DNA of 63,727 nucleotides, counting the filler, from Anaerolineae bacterium (GTDB taxonomy: Bacteria > Chloroflexota > Anaerolineae > B4-G1 > DUEL01), in assembly GCA_041082215.1 (NCBI GenBank). It is 8 parts of 8 records of this genome, joined end to end, with 100 filler letters (N's around TTAATTAATTAA, not from the genome) between each part and the next. Parts side by side here need not be neighbours in the genome. Positions count along the whole stretch, not along the records: positions 10,910 to 33,164 come from JBDOIF010000029.1; positions 33,265 to 44,735 come from JBDOIF010000077.1; 6 more parts are not named here. One strand, written 5' to 3'. Each line of letters starts with the position of its first letter. The first letter of the stretch is position 1. A program made the position numbers and the translations under genes. Of this stretch, positions 29,828 to 39,403 are shown piece by piece. The notes beneath the pieces are model-generated. The model did no database searches. It saw nothing but the letters and a program-made list of their open reading frames with translations, and had not been told where the DNA came from.

Positions 29828-29919
29828 GCAGGACAAGCTTTCCAGCCTGTCGCGTAATTATCTGTTCGCGCAGCGCAGGCCGCCAGACCTGTTTCCGGCA
29901 GGCCGACAGCCTGCGCTAC
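29828..29919. repeat. Cluster of degenerate REP-like palindromes
   Basis: GCAGGACAAGCTttccAGCCTGTC and GCAGCGCAGGC...GCCTGCGCTAC. Confidence 0.6.
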
Positions 29920-29942
29920 GGCCTGACAGCCCGCGCCACTGT

Positions 29943-30893
29943 TTACCAGAGTGCTTGGGCGATGCGGGCGGCGACACGGGCGTTGTTGACCAGAAGGGCT
30001 TCATTGGCATCCAGGGAACGCCCGCCCGTCCGTTCGGCCAGCCGGGCCAGGAGGAAGGGGGTCAGCTCCTTGCCCCGTATCCCCCGCGCCTCCGCCTCGG
30101 CGACAGCAGCCTCGATCTCCGCCTGGGCCTCCGCCCATGGCCACTCCGCCTTCTCTGGGACCGGCACGCAGACCAGCAGGGCGGCCTGTAACCCCAGCCG
30201 GTCCCGCGCGCGGGCCATCGCTGCCACCTCCTCAGGGGTATCGGCCCGGGCGGAGACGGGCAGGCCGGAGCTGCGGCTGGTGAAAGCGGGGAAGGTATCG
30301 GTGGCGTAACCCACCACCGGCACCCCCAGCGTCTCCAGCCACTCCAGCGTGCGGGGAAGGTCGAGGATGGCTTTGGCCCCCGCGCAGACGACGACCATCG
30401 GGATGGAGGCCAGAGCGGGCAGGTCGGCGGAGATGTCGTCGGGGTGGCCCCGGTGGACGCCGCCGATGCCTCCGGTGGCAAACACCCGCACGCCGGCCCG
30501 GTGGGCCAGGTGCATCGTCGCCGCGACGGTAGTACCGCCGGTGAGGCGCAGGGCCGCTACGGCCGGCAGGTCCCGCAGGCTCACCTTGGCCGGGTTCGGC
30601 TCTCCGGCCAGCCGCTCCAGTTGGGCCGGTGTCAGCCCGACACAGGCCCTGCCTTCCAGCACAGCGACAGTAGCCGGGACAGCCCCCTCGGCCCGCGCTG
30701 TCTCTTCCAGCCGCCTGGCCACTTCCAGGTTGGCCGGCCGGGGCAGCCCGTGAGTGATGAGGGCCGATTCCAGCGCCACCACCGGCGCGCCCTGGGAGAG
30801 GGCCTGCGCCACATCAGGGCCGATCTCCACAGCCGTATCCTGTCTCGAACCCCGCCCCTGCGGATCCACCGTCCCACCTCTGGCAGGGGTCAC
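29943..30893 (-). CDS. psuG: Pseudouridine-5'-phosphate glycosidase
   Basis: Motifs VVALES..ITHGLP, TTVAAT, FATGGIGGVHRG, DISADL and GAKAILD. Confidence 0.93.
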   Translation of the reverse strand: MTPARGGTVDPQGRGSRQDTAVEIGPDVAQALSQGAPVVALESALITHGLPRPANLEVARRLEETARAEGAVPATVAVLEGRACVGLTPAQLERLAGEPNPAKVSLRDLPAVAALRLTGGTTVAATMHLAHRAGVRVFATGGIGGVHRGHPDDISADLPALASIPMVVVCAGAKAILDLPRTLEWLETLGVPVVGYATDTFPAFTSRSSGLPVSARADTPEEVAAMARARDRLGLQAALLVCVPVPEKAEWPWAEAQAEIEAAVAEAEARGIRGKELTPFLLARLAERTGGRSLDANEALLVNNARVAARIAQALW

Positions 30894-32689
30894 AGCAGCC
30901 TTCGCTCCTCGACCGCTTTCTTCGCTATAGCGAGGAACTCCTCCACGTCCATCGCCCCCGGCACTTCCCCATCCCGCCGCCGCAGATTGACCTGCCCGGT
31001 CTCCATTTCCCGGTCGCCTACGACAAGCATGTAGGGGATTTTCTCCATCTGCGCATCGCGGATTTTGGCCTGCATCCGCTCATCGGAGTCGTTCACCTCG
31101 ACACGCAACCCCGCAGCCCGGAGCCGCCTCGCCACGTCGTGGGCGTAGCTGGCGTGCCGGTCGGCGATGGGGATGAGGACTGCCTGCACCGGCGCCAGCC
31201 AGACCGGGAAAGCGCCCCCGTAGTGCTCCACCAGCACGCCGAAGAACCGCTCGAGGCTCCCCAGCAGCGCCCGATGGACCATATACGGCCGCCGATCCTG
31301 CCCGTCCCGGTCCCGGAAGGTGAGGTCGAACCGCTCCGGCACATTGAAGTCGAACTGGATGGTCGTGCACTGCCAGGCCCGGCCCAGGGCGTCTTTGATT
31401 TTGATATCAATCTTCGGCCCGTAGAAGACGGCCTCTCCCTCCATCCGTTTGTAGGGGAGGTTTCGGACCTCCAGCGCTTTGACCAGCGAGCGTTCCGCCT
31501 GTTCCCACATCTCATCGCGACCGGCGTACTTCTCCGGCGTCCGGGGATCCCGCACGCTCAGTTCGATCTGGTAGTCCTCAAAGCCAAAGTCCTGCAGCAG
31601 GCTCAGGCTGAAGTCGAGCACACCGAGGATCTCGTCCTCTATCTGCTCCGGCGTGCAGAAGATATGGGCGTCGTCCTGGGTGAAGCCGCGCACGCGCAGG
31701 AGGCCGTGGAGGACACCGCTCCGCTCAAAGCGGTAGACCGTTCCCAGTTCTGCCCAGCGCAGGGGGAGGTCGCGGTAGGAACGGGCGCGGCTTTTGTAAA
31801 TGAGGATATGGAATGGACAGTTCATTGGCTTCAGGTAGTACTGGACCCCCTCGATGTCTATCGGGGCGTACATATTATCCTTGTAGAAATCCAGATGGCC
31901 GGAACGTTCCCACAGTTGGGCTCGCCCGATGTGGGGGGTATAGACGATTTCATAGCCGCCTTCCCGATGCCGGGCGCGCCAGTGGTCCTCTATGATCTGG
32001 CGGATACGGCCCCCTTTGGGATGCCAGTAGGCAAGCCCCGCGCCGCCCTCCTCGTGGAAACTGATGAGGTCCAGCTCCCTGACCAGCCGCCGGTGATCTC
32101 GCCGTTCCACTTCCTCCCGCCAGGCCAGGAATTCCTCCAGCTCCTGGGCTGTCTCCCAGACAGTGCCGTAGATGCGCTGGAGCATGGGTCGGCGCTCGTC
32201 CCCACGCCAGTAGGCCCCGGCGACATTCAGCAGCTTCACGGCGTGGGGGTTGATCTCCCGCGTGTTCGAGACGTGGGGTCCGCGGCACAGGTCAACGAAG
32301 GGGCCGTGGCGGTAGATGGAGAGGACGGGGCGCTCCTCAGTGGGATTGCCGTCCTCGTCCACGCCGCCCGCGAGAATTCCCTCTATCAGTTCCAGCTTGT
32401 AGGGCTGATCGGCGAAGAGACGGCGTGCCTCCGCTTCGTCCACCTCCTGATGGACGAAGTCGTGCCCCTCGGCAATGATCTCCCGCATCCGGGCCTCGAT
32501 CTCGGTCAGGTCCTCCGGGGTAAGCGGGCGGGGTAGATCGAAGTCGTAGTAGAAGCCGGTTTCAATAGCCGGCCCGATGCCCAGTTTAGCCTGGGGGAAC
32601 TTCTCCAGGACGGCCTGGGCCATCACGTGCGACGCCGAATGGCGGATTCGATGCAGATGGTCATTCTCATGTTCCTGCTCTCCCGACAT
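30890..32689 (-). CDS. thrS: Threonyl-tRNA synthetase (short form without N-terminal TGS)
   Basis: Motifs RHSASH, DLCRGPH, RDHR, KPMNCP, RVRGFTQDDAH and FYGPKID. Confidence 0.98.
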   Translation of the reverse strand: MSGEQEHENDHLHRIRHSASHVMAQAVLEKFPQAKLGIGPAIETGFYYDFDLPRPLTPEDLTEIEARMREIIAEGHDFVHQEVDEAEARRLFADQPYKLELIEGILAGGVDEDGNPTEERPVLSIYRHGPFVDLCRGPHVSNTREINPHAVKLLNVAGAYWRGDERRPMLQRIYGTVWETAQELEEFLAWREEVERRDHRRLVRELDLISFHEEGGAGLAYWHPKGGRIRQIIEDHWRARHREGGYEIVYTPHIGRAQLWERSGHLDFYKDNMYAPIDIEGVQYYLKPMNCPFHILIYKSRARSYRDLPLRWAELGTVYRFERSGVLHGLLRVRGFTQDDAHIFCTPEQIEDEILGVLDFSLSLLQDFGFEDYQIELSVRDPRTPEKYAGRDEMWEQAERSLVKALEVRNLPYKRMEGEAVFYGPKIDIKIKDALGRAWQCTTIQFDFNVPERFDLTFRDRDGQDRRPYMVHRALLGSLERFFGVLVEHYGGAFPVWLAPVQAVLIPIADRHASYAHDVARRLRAAGLRVEVNDSDERMQAKIRDAQMEKIPYMLVVGDREMETGQVNLRRRDGEVPGAMDVEEFLAIAKKAVEERRLL

Positions 32690-32743
32690 AGTTACCTCCC
32701 TCTATCTTCTCTTCTTGCCTCTTGCCCATTGCTGGTTCATGAT

Positions 32744-32992
32744 AAAACCCCCCACGCCCTGGGGCGCGGGGGGTTCCCACGTGGTTCCACCCAAGTTCAG
32801 CAACCGCCTGCGCGGATGCCGCTCTCTGAGGCGATAACGGGCCTTAACCGGAGCCTCATACTCTCGCCGAAGAGGCGATTTCAAAGGCCCACTCCCGGGT
32901 GGTTTTCCCGACCGTCCGACCAGGGGGGCTTTCAGCCTCCGACCCCCCCTCTCTAGGGCCTTCCCAGGCCGGTACTCGTCCCGGTCAACGTG
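32744..32992 (-). promoter_or_regulatory. T-box riboswitch (Thr, specifier ACC) with terminator
   Basis: Minus strand shows GA motif/AGTA, AGAGA, GCTGAAA, GAAA-ACC-A specifier (32901-32903), T-box AACTTGGGTGGAACCACG, and a GC hairpin plus T-run. Confidence 0.92.
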
Positions 32993-33019
32993 TTGGAAGA
33001 TTCTCTGAATTGTTAATCC

Positions 33020-33047
33020 ATTATACCCCAATTGCGGATCTTGTCAA
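33020..33047 (-). promoter_or_regulatory. sigma70 promoter TTGACA-N16-TATAAT for the thrS leader
   Basis: Perfect hexamers just upstream of the T-box. Confidence 0.75.
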
Positions 33048-33057
33048 TTCTCCTTAT

Positions 33058-33164
33058 CTGATGTTCGGACGTGAGTTGGGACAGGGGTATTTACAAGATT
33101 TCCTCACCCCTCCCCCAGCGGCTTCGCCGCTACCCCCTCCCCTCTCCTGACCGAAGGTCAGGAG
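33058..33164. repeat. Left arm and apex of a long palindromic element (MITE/REP-like)
   Basis: 33058-33130 is the exact reverse complement of 44836-44908. The apex CTCCTGACC-gaa-GGTCAGGAG sits at the contig end. Confidence 0.85.
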
Positions 33165-33264
33165 NNNNNNNNNNNNNNNNNNNNNNNNNNNNNNNNNNNN
33201 NNNNNNNNTTAATTAATTAANNNNNNNNNNNNNNNNNNNNNNNNNNNNNNNNNNNNNNNNNNNN

Positions 33265-33382
33265 GGGATTCACGGGTTGGCGTAGGCGTCTCCCGGGGTC
33301 CCAGAAGGGGGCGGCAGGAGAGGGCAGGGCCTATCAGCAGGATTCCCAGAATCAGCAGGGAAAGGAGTCTCTTCTTATCCAT
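33265..33382 (-). CDS. Lipoprotein N-terminus (truncated)
   Basis: MDKKRLLSLLILGILLIGPALSC lipobox-like signal followed by PT repeats. Confidence 0.6.
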
Positions 33383-33541
33383 CGGCCTTCCTCCGACGCA
33401 GATTGAGCGGGAGGGAAGAAGAAACAGGGGGTGCAACGCTCATTTTATATTGTAACCTCTCCTGGAGGGAAGTCAAGCGACAACGGCTGTTGCCAACCTT
33501 CGCCATCTGGTATACACTGAACAAGGAGGTGCAGATCATCA

Positions 33542-35143
33542 ATGTTTAGACGCTCCCAACAACTCCAGTGTTCCCGATATCTCCAGTGGTCAACGGGATT
33601 GGTGGCAGGGATGGCAGCCTTTCTCCTCTACTTCCGCACCCTCCATCCCGGTGTCGGCCCCTACCTGGACTCCATCGAGTATCAGCTCACCACCCTGGTG
33701 CTGGGGGTTTCCCATCCTCCCGGCTATCCGCTTTACACCTGGTTGGGGCGGCTGTTCGTGGCGCTCCTGCCCTGGCGCAACCCGGCCTTTCGTCTCCACC
33801 TCCTCTCCGCCGTTTGCTCGGCGATCACTGTGGCGCTGACCCAGCGGATCGCCTGCCGGCTCACCCGGAGCCTCCCCCTCTCCCTTTTCGGCGCCCTCTC
33901 GCTGGGCGTGGCGGTCCGCTTCTGGTATCAGGCCACCTATGCCGAACTCTACCCCCTCAACGGCACGCTCATCGCCGCCACCACGCTGGCACTGGTGGCC
34001 TGGATGGAGAGCCGCCGTCCCGTCCTCTATCTCCTCAGCGCCGCCCTTTACGCCCTGAACTTCGGCGTCAATGCGCCGGCCATCGTGCTGCTGCCGATGT
34101 GGCTCTGGGCGGTCCTTTCCACCGACCACCGGATGCTCACCCGGCCCCGCAACCTGGCCCTCACTGGCCTCATCGTGCTGGCAGCGGCGGCTCAGTACCT
34201 CTACATCCCGCTGCGGGCCTTCCAGCATCCCCGCTTCTGCAACTACTGTCCCGAAAGCTGGAGCCAGGTGCCCGCCTTCCTGATGGGCCGGGAGTGGTGG
34301 GGGATCGCCTTCGGCGTCCAGCCCCGCTACTGGCTCCAGCGGTGGGCCGACTCCGGCTACCAGCTCATGCTCCAGTTCTGGCCCCTGGGGGTTGGGCTGG
34401 GGGCAGTCGGGCTATGGACCCTGCTGCGGGAGCGACCACGGACGGGTATGGCCTTCCTCCTGGGGCTGGCGGGGGAGTGGTTCTTCGTGGTCACCTACGA
34501 CGTGGTGGACTGGGCGGACTTCATGCACCCGGTCTACATCCTCTATGCGCCGCTTGCAGCGGTGGGGCTGGGCGAAGTGTGGACGTGGCTGAAAGGGCGG
34601 ACGGCCCGCTGGTCGGCCTGGGCACGCCCCATCCCCATGGTCCTCCTCGCCCTGGCGATGGCGGGACTTCTGGTCGCCACGGCGGTCAACAACTACCCGC
34701 TGGTGGATCAAAGCCAGAAGACGGACTGGCACGCCTGGGCGCGGGAGCTGCTGGACCGTATGGAGCCGGAGGCCTGGGTCCTCACCCCCCCTACCCCCAC
34801 CGACGGCTTCATCCACTCCTGGGCGCTCCGCTTCGTCTCCTGGGCGGAGGACCGGAGGCCGGAGATGTCCATTGTCTACCTGCCGGGGCTGGACCCCCCC
34901 GGCCCGCCGCCGGGATACCTGCGGTGGGAAGAGGCAGAGCCTCACCTGTCTGAGCACCCCCTCTACGTGATCGAATTGAACGACGACCGGCTCCACGGCT
35001 ACGGACTTCTCCCTGTCCGGCGGGGGGATGGATGGACCATCGGCTACCGGGTGGTGGGCCGCCGCACCGCCGACGGGACGGTGGAGCCGTGGGTCGCGCC
35101 GGAGGAGTGGGCGCAGATCCAGGATGAGCTGCTCTGGCCCTGA
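33542..35143 (+). CDS. DUF2723-domain polytopic membrane protein (TMEM260/GT117-like, possible glycosyltransferase)
   Basis: TL.PGV...DS.E...LGV.HPPGYPLY and FWYQA..AE.Y.L. Many TM helices. Confidence 0.8.
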   Translation: MFRRSQQLQCSRYLQWSTGLVAGMAAFLLYFRTLHPGVGPYLDSIEYQLTTLVLGVSHPPGYPLYTWLGRLFVALLPWRNPAFRLHLLSAVCSAITVALTQRIACRLTRSLPLSLFGALSLGVAVRFWYQATYAELYPLNGTLIAATTLALVAWMESRRPVLYLLSAALYALNFGVNAPAIVLLPMWLWAVLSTDHRMLTRPRNLALTGLIVLAAAAQYLYIPLRAFQHPRFCNYCPESWSQVPAFLMGREWWGIAFGVQPRYWLQRWADSGYQLMLQFWPLGVGLGAVGLWTLLRERPRTGMAFLLGLAGEWFFVVTYDVVDWADFMHPVYILYAPLAAVGLGEVWTWLKGRTARWSAWARPIPMVLLALAMAGLLVATAVNNYPLVDQSQKTDWHAWARELLDRMEPEAWVLTPPTPTDGFIHSWALRFVSWAEDRRPEMSIVYLPGLDPPGPPPGYLRWEEAEPHLSEHPLYVIELNDDRLHGYGLLPVRRGDGWTIGYRVVGRRTADGTVEPWVAPEEWAQIQDELLWP

Positions 35144-35178
35144 GTTGCCCCCTCCACCTCTCCCGCGTATAATCCTGG

Positions 35179-35213
35179 TGACGAATGACGAATGACGAAT
35201 GACGAATGACGAC
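35179..35213 (+). repeat. Tandem heptamer (TGACGAA)x4 + TGACGAC in a 5' UTR
   Basis: Read directly, between TATAAT (35168-35173) and the SD of the LKR gene. Confidence 0.95.
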
Positions 35214-35228
35214 CAAGGAGGTCCCACC

Positions 35229-36539
35229 GTGCCGAAACGAGTTGGCATCCGCCGGGAAGATAAGTCCATCTGGGAGCGACGCACCCCCATCACCCCCGAC
35301 GACGCCCGCAAGCTGATGGAGACATACGGCCTGGAGGTGGTGGTCCAGCCCTCCGACATTCGCGTCTTCAGGGACGAAGAGTACGCATCGGTGGGAGCAC
35401 GGGTGCAGGAGGACCTTTCCGAATGTGACGTGATCTTTGCCGTTAAAGAGGTGCCGCCTCCCCTGATCGTGCCGGGGAAAATCTATGTCTATTTTGCCCA
35501 TGTCATCAAGGGGCAACCGTACAACATGCCGATGCTCAGGCGACTGCTGGAGCTGGGCTGTGTGCTGATTGACTACGAGAAGGTGACCGACGAGAAGGGA
35601 CGTCGCCTCATCTTCTTCGGGCGACACGCCGGATGGGCCGGAATGCTGGACACCCTCTGGGCGCTGGGGCAGCGGCTGGAGTGGGAGGGGACCCCCAACC
35701 CCTTCAGCTCGATCCGGCAGGCCCACGAGTACCCGAACCTGGCGGCAGGCCAGCAGGCCGTGCGGGAAGCGGGGGAACGGGTCCGACGCGAGGGACTCCC
35801 CGTGGAGCTGGCCCCCCTGGTCGTGGGCTTCGCTGGCTATGGCAACGTCTCCCAGGGGGCACAGGAGATCTTCGACCTGCTCCCCTTCCAGGAGATAGCT
35901 CCACCCGACCTGGCCTCCTTCTTCGATGGAGAGCCGGACCGCCACACGCTGTACAAGGTCGTTTTTAAGGAAGAGCACACAGTGGAGCCAATCTCTCCCC
36001 AGGATCGCTTCCAGCTCCAGGATTACTACAGCCACCCGGAAAAGTACCGTTCCCGCTTCGCCAGCTACCTCCCCTACCTCACCGTCCTGGTCAACGGCAT
36101 CTACTGGGAGTCAAAGTACCCCCGTCTGGTGACAAAGGCCGACCTGCGGGCGCTCTTCGGGGGGGCTGCCCGTCCCCGGCTGCGGGTCATCGGGGACATC
36201 AGTTGCGACATAGAGGGAGGGATCGAGTGCACCGTCCGCTGCACCGAGCCGGGGGACCCCGTTTACGTCTACAACCCCTTCACCGGGGAGGTCACCGACG
36301 GCTATGCGGGGGAGGGAGTGGTGGTGCTGGCGGTGGACATCCTGCCCAGCCAGCTCCCCCGCGAGGCCTCAGAGCATTTCAGCCACGTGCTGATGGACTA
36401 CGTCCCTGCCATCGCCGAGGCCGATTACACCCTCCCCTTCGAGGAACTGGCCCTGCCGCCGGAGATCAAGCGGGCGGTGATTGCATACAGGGGAGAGCTG
36501 ACGCCAGGGTATCGGTACCTTGAGCAGTATCTCAGGTAG
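35229..36539 (+). CDS. Lysine-ketoglutarate reductase / lysine-forming saccharopine dehydrogenase (AlaDh/PNT-like)
   Basis: GIRREDKS.WERR.P..P, AHVIKGQ.YNM, LIDYE, GYGNVSQGA, IGDISCD and AVDILP.QLPREAS, as in the LKR half of AASS. Confidence 0.85.
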   Translation: MPKRVGIRREDKSIWERRTPITPDDARKLMETYGLEVVVQPSDIRVFRDEEYASVGARVQEDLSECDVIFAVKEVPPPLIVPGKIYVYFAHVIKGQPYNMPMLRRLLELGCVLIDYEKVTDEKGRRLIFFGRHAGWAGMLDTLWALGQRLEWEGTPNPFSSIRQAHEYPNLAAGQQAVREAGERVRREGLPVELAPLVVGFAGYGNVSQGAQEIFDLLPFQEIAPPDLASFFDGEPDRHTLYKVVFKEEHTVEPISPQDRFQLQDYYSHPEKYRSRFASYLPYLTVLVNGIYWESKYPRLVTKADLRALFGGAARPRLRVIGDISCDIEGGIECTVRCTEPGDPVYVYNPFTGEVTDGYAGEGVVVLAVDILPSQLPREASEHFSHVLMDYVPAIAEADYTLPFEELALPPEIKRAVIAYRGELTPGYRYLEQYLR

Positions 36540-36582
36540 CAGGAGCAGGAGGCAAGAGACAAGAGGCAAAAGGAGGTCTCTC

Positions 36583-37887
36583 GTGAAGAACATCCTCGTT
36601 CTCGGTGCGGGCCTGGTGGCCCGTCCGCTGGTGCGGTATCTGCTCGACCACGGGTTCCACGTCACCGTCGCCAGCCGGACGGTGGAGAAGGCCCGGGCAC
36701 TGGTAGGGGATCACCCCAACGGCAAAGCCCTGCCCTTCGACATCGCCCGGGAAGGGGAACGGCTGGGCGATCTGGTAAAGGAGGCCGATCTGACCGTCAG
36801 CCTCCTGCCGTACATTCATCATATCCAGGTGGCCAGGGAATGCGTCCGCCACCGATGCCACCTGGTCACCACTTCCTACGTGAAGGATGAGATGCGGGCG
36901 CTGGACGGAGCAGCAAAGGAGGCAGGGATCATCCTCCTCAACGAAATCGGCCTCGACCCCGGCATTGACCACATGTCCGCGATGCGGATCATCCACCGGG
37001 TGCACGCAGCCGGTGGGAAGATCAGGGCTTTCCGCTCCTACTGCGGCGGTCTGCCCGCCCCCGACGCCAACGACAACCCCCTCGGCTACAAATTCTCCTG
37101 GAGCCCGCGCGGGGTGGTGCTGGCCGGACGGAACGACGCTCGCTACCTGGAGAATGGCCGCATTGTGGAGGTGCCCAACGCCCGCCTCTTCGCCACCCAC
37201 TACCTCCTCTGGATCGAGGGGCTGGGGGACCTGGAGGCTTACCCCAACCGGGATTCGCTCCCCTACATCGAGCTTTACGGCATCCCGGAGACAGAAACGA
37301 TGTACCGGGGCACGCTCCGCAACCTGGGCTGGTGCGACGTGATGCAGAAGCTGAACGAGCTGGGCTACTTCAGCCTGGAGGAACGGACTGATCTCCACAG
37401 CAAAAGCTTCCGCCAGGTGATGGCAGAGCTTATCGGCAAGCCCGATACGGCCGACCTGCGGGCCGACCTGGCCGCCCACCTCAATCTCTCCTACAACTCC
37501 GGAGTGATGACGGCTCTGGAGTGGCTGGGGCTGCTGGACGACGCGCCTGTCCCGCCGGCAACCACTCTGCTGGACCTGCTGGCCGACCAGATGCTGGCGA
37601 AGATGGCGTATCGGGAGGGAGAGCGGGATATGGTCGTGCTGGTCCACGACTTCCTGGCCGTCTACCCGGACCGGGAGGAGCGCATCACTTCGACGCTGCT
37701 CGATTTCGGCGAACCCGGCGGCGATACGGCGATGGCCCGCACGGTGGGACTCCCCGCCGCTTCCGCCTGCCGCCTCATCCTGGAGGGCCGCATCCAATTG
37801 ACCGGCGTCCACATCCCGGTCCTCCCCGAGATTTATGAACCAGCACTGGAGGAGCTGGAGCGGCTGGGGATTCGGATGAAGGAGTAA
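36583..37887 (+). CDS. Saccharopine dehydrogenase (glutamate-forming)
   Basis: LGAGLV, VSLLPY, NEIGLDPGIDHM, SYCGGLPAP, YKFSWSPRG and TAMARTVG.P. Confidence 0.92.
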   Translation: MKNILVLGAGLVARPLVRYLLDHGFHVTVASRTVEKARALVGDHPNGKALPFDIAREGERLGDLVKEADLTVSLLPYIHHIQVARECVRHRCHLVTTSYVKDEMRALDGAAKEAGIILLNEIGLDPGIDHMSAMRIIHRVHAAGGKIRAFRSYCGGLPAPDANDNPLGYKFSWSPRGVVLAGRNDARYLENGRIVEVPNARLFATHYLLWIEGLGDLEAYPNRDSLPYIELYGIPETETMYRGTLRNLGWCDVMQKLNELGYFSLEERTDLHSKSFRQVMAELIGKPDTADLRADLAAHLNLSYNSGVMTALEWLGLLDDAPVPPATTLLDLLADQMLAKMAYREGERDMVVLVHDFLAVYPDREERITSTLLDFGEPGGDTAMARTVGLPAASACRLILEGRIQLTGVHIPVLPEIYEPALEELERLGIRMKE

Positions 37888-37907
37888 CAAGTTACAAGTT
37901 ACAAAAG

Positions 37908-39311
37908 ATGAAGCCCCTCTGTGCCCTGTGGGTCCTTTGCATTGTGCTCGCGGGCTGTTTTGCCTCGCCGACGGCCCCCCACCCCACCTCTACCCCCGAT
38001 CCCTTCCCCGCGCTTCTGGCCGAGGGGGAGATGCTGGCTGCCCGCGATGAACGCACGGCGGCAGAGGAGAGCTTCCTGGAGGCAGCCGCCTTCCGTCCCT
38101 CCGACCCGGCCCCCTATCTCCGGCTGGCCCGGCTCTACCGGGACTGGAACCGGCCCCAGGAAGGGCTGACGGCTGTCGCGGCGGCAGAGCGACTGGGGGC
38201 ACCCGCTGGAGAGGTGGCCTCTCTTCGCACCGCGCTCCACGCTGCCAGAAGGGATTGGGAGGCCGTCCTCTCCGATGGCGCCCTGGCTCTCCAGCTCAAC
38301 CCGGCCGATGCTTCGATCCGTCACCTGGTGGCGCAGGCATGCGTGGAGCTGGGGCGGGTGGATGAAGCCCGGACCCACTACCAGGCGCTGCTGGCGCTTG
38401 TGCTGGATGACCCCCTGGCCCACGAGCGGCTGGGGGCCCTGCTGGCCCTTTCCGACCCGGCCGCGGCCCGGCCCCACCTGGAGGCCGCCGCCACCCCCCT
38501 GGCCTCCGACCTGCTGGGGGCGCTGGCAGCCAGCGGGAACGACCCCACCTACCGGCTGGCCCGGGTGGGGATGGCCTGCCTGGCCCATGGGGAGGCAGCC
38601 CTGGCCGGGCTGGCGCTGCAACAGGCGGTGGCCCGGAACCCAGCCTACGCCGACGGCCACGCCCTCCTGGGCCAGGCCCTGGAGCAGACAGGCCAGATGG
38701 AGGAGGCGCAGGACCACCTGGAGCAGGCAGTCCGACTGGCCCCCAACTCAGCCCTCGCCCGCTCGTTGCTGGGGCTTCACTACCTGCAGGCAGGCGAGCC
38801 GGAAAAAGCCCGTCCCCACCTGGAAGCAGCCTACGACCTGGACCCCCAAAACCCGGCCCTCAGCCTCTACCTGGCCCGGCTCTACGCCGACCTGGGCCTG
38901 TACAGCGCGGCGGAGGTCTGGCTGGAAGAGGCCATCCGCCTGGCCCCGGAGGACCCGGTGATAGGGGAGCAGGTGGCCCGCTTCTACCTGGACCGATCCA
39001 TCGCTGGAGGGCAGCGGGCGCTGGAGGTGTCCCGGGAGCTGGTCCAGCGGGCACCGGAGAGCGGGGCAGCTCACGAGCTGCTGGGGCAGGCCTGGTTTAT
39101 GCTGGGCCACTACGCCGAAGCGGAGACGGAGCTGCTCAAAGCGGTGGAAATGGAGCCGGAGCGGACCTCCGCCTGGTACCATCTGGGCCAGCTTTACGCC
39201 TATCTGGGGCGGGGAGAGGAGGCACGGGGAGCACTGATCGCCGCCCGCGATCGGTGTCTCGACCCGGCGCTGTGGGCGGAGATCGAACAGGCGCTCGCCG
39301 AACTGCCCTGA
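37908..39311 (+). CDS. TPR-repeat lipoprotein
   Basis: Lipobox LAGC followed by many TPR units. Confidence 0.85.
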   Translation: MKPLCALWVLCIVLAGCFASPTAPHPTSTPDPFPALLAEGEMLAARDERTAAEESFLEAAAFRPSDPAPYLRLARLYRDWNRPQEGLTAVAAAERLGAPAGEVASLRTALHAARRDWEAVLSDGALALQLNPADASIRHLVAQACVELGRVDEARTHYQALLALVLDDPLAHERLGALLALSDPAAARPHLEAAATPLASDLLGALAASGNDPTYRLARVGMACLAHGEAALAGLALQQAVARNPAYADGHALLGQALEQTGQMEEAQDHLEQAVRLAPNSALARSLLGLHYLQAGEPEKARPHLEAAYDLDPQNPALSLYLARLYADLGLYSAAEVWLEEAIRLAPEDPVIGEQVARFYLDRSIAGGQRALEVSRELVQRAPESGAAHELLGQAWFMLGHYAEAETELLKAVEMEPERTSAWYHLGQLYAYLGRGEEARGALIAARDRCLDPALWAEIEQALAELP

Positions 39312-39320
39312 TGAAAGACG

Positions 39321-39388
39321 TGGGGACGCAGAGACGCGAGGACACGGAGAAGGAAACGTCTCCGCGTCCCCGTGTCTCCGTGTCCCCC
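39321..39388. repeat. Octamer microrepeat palindrome between convergent genes
   Basis: GGGACGCAGAGACGCGAGGACACGGAG...CTCCGCGTCCCCGTGTCTCCGTGTCCCC. Confidence 0.7.
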
Positions 39389-39403
39389 TTCCCTGCGTTC
39401 CAG

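Noticed and set aside
5659..35213. Short tandem arrays as CRISPR
   Set aside because: The units are 7-14 bp with no unique spacers, and there are no cas genes in the window.
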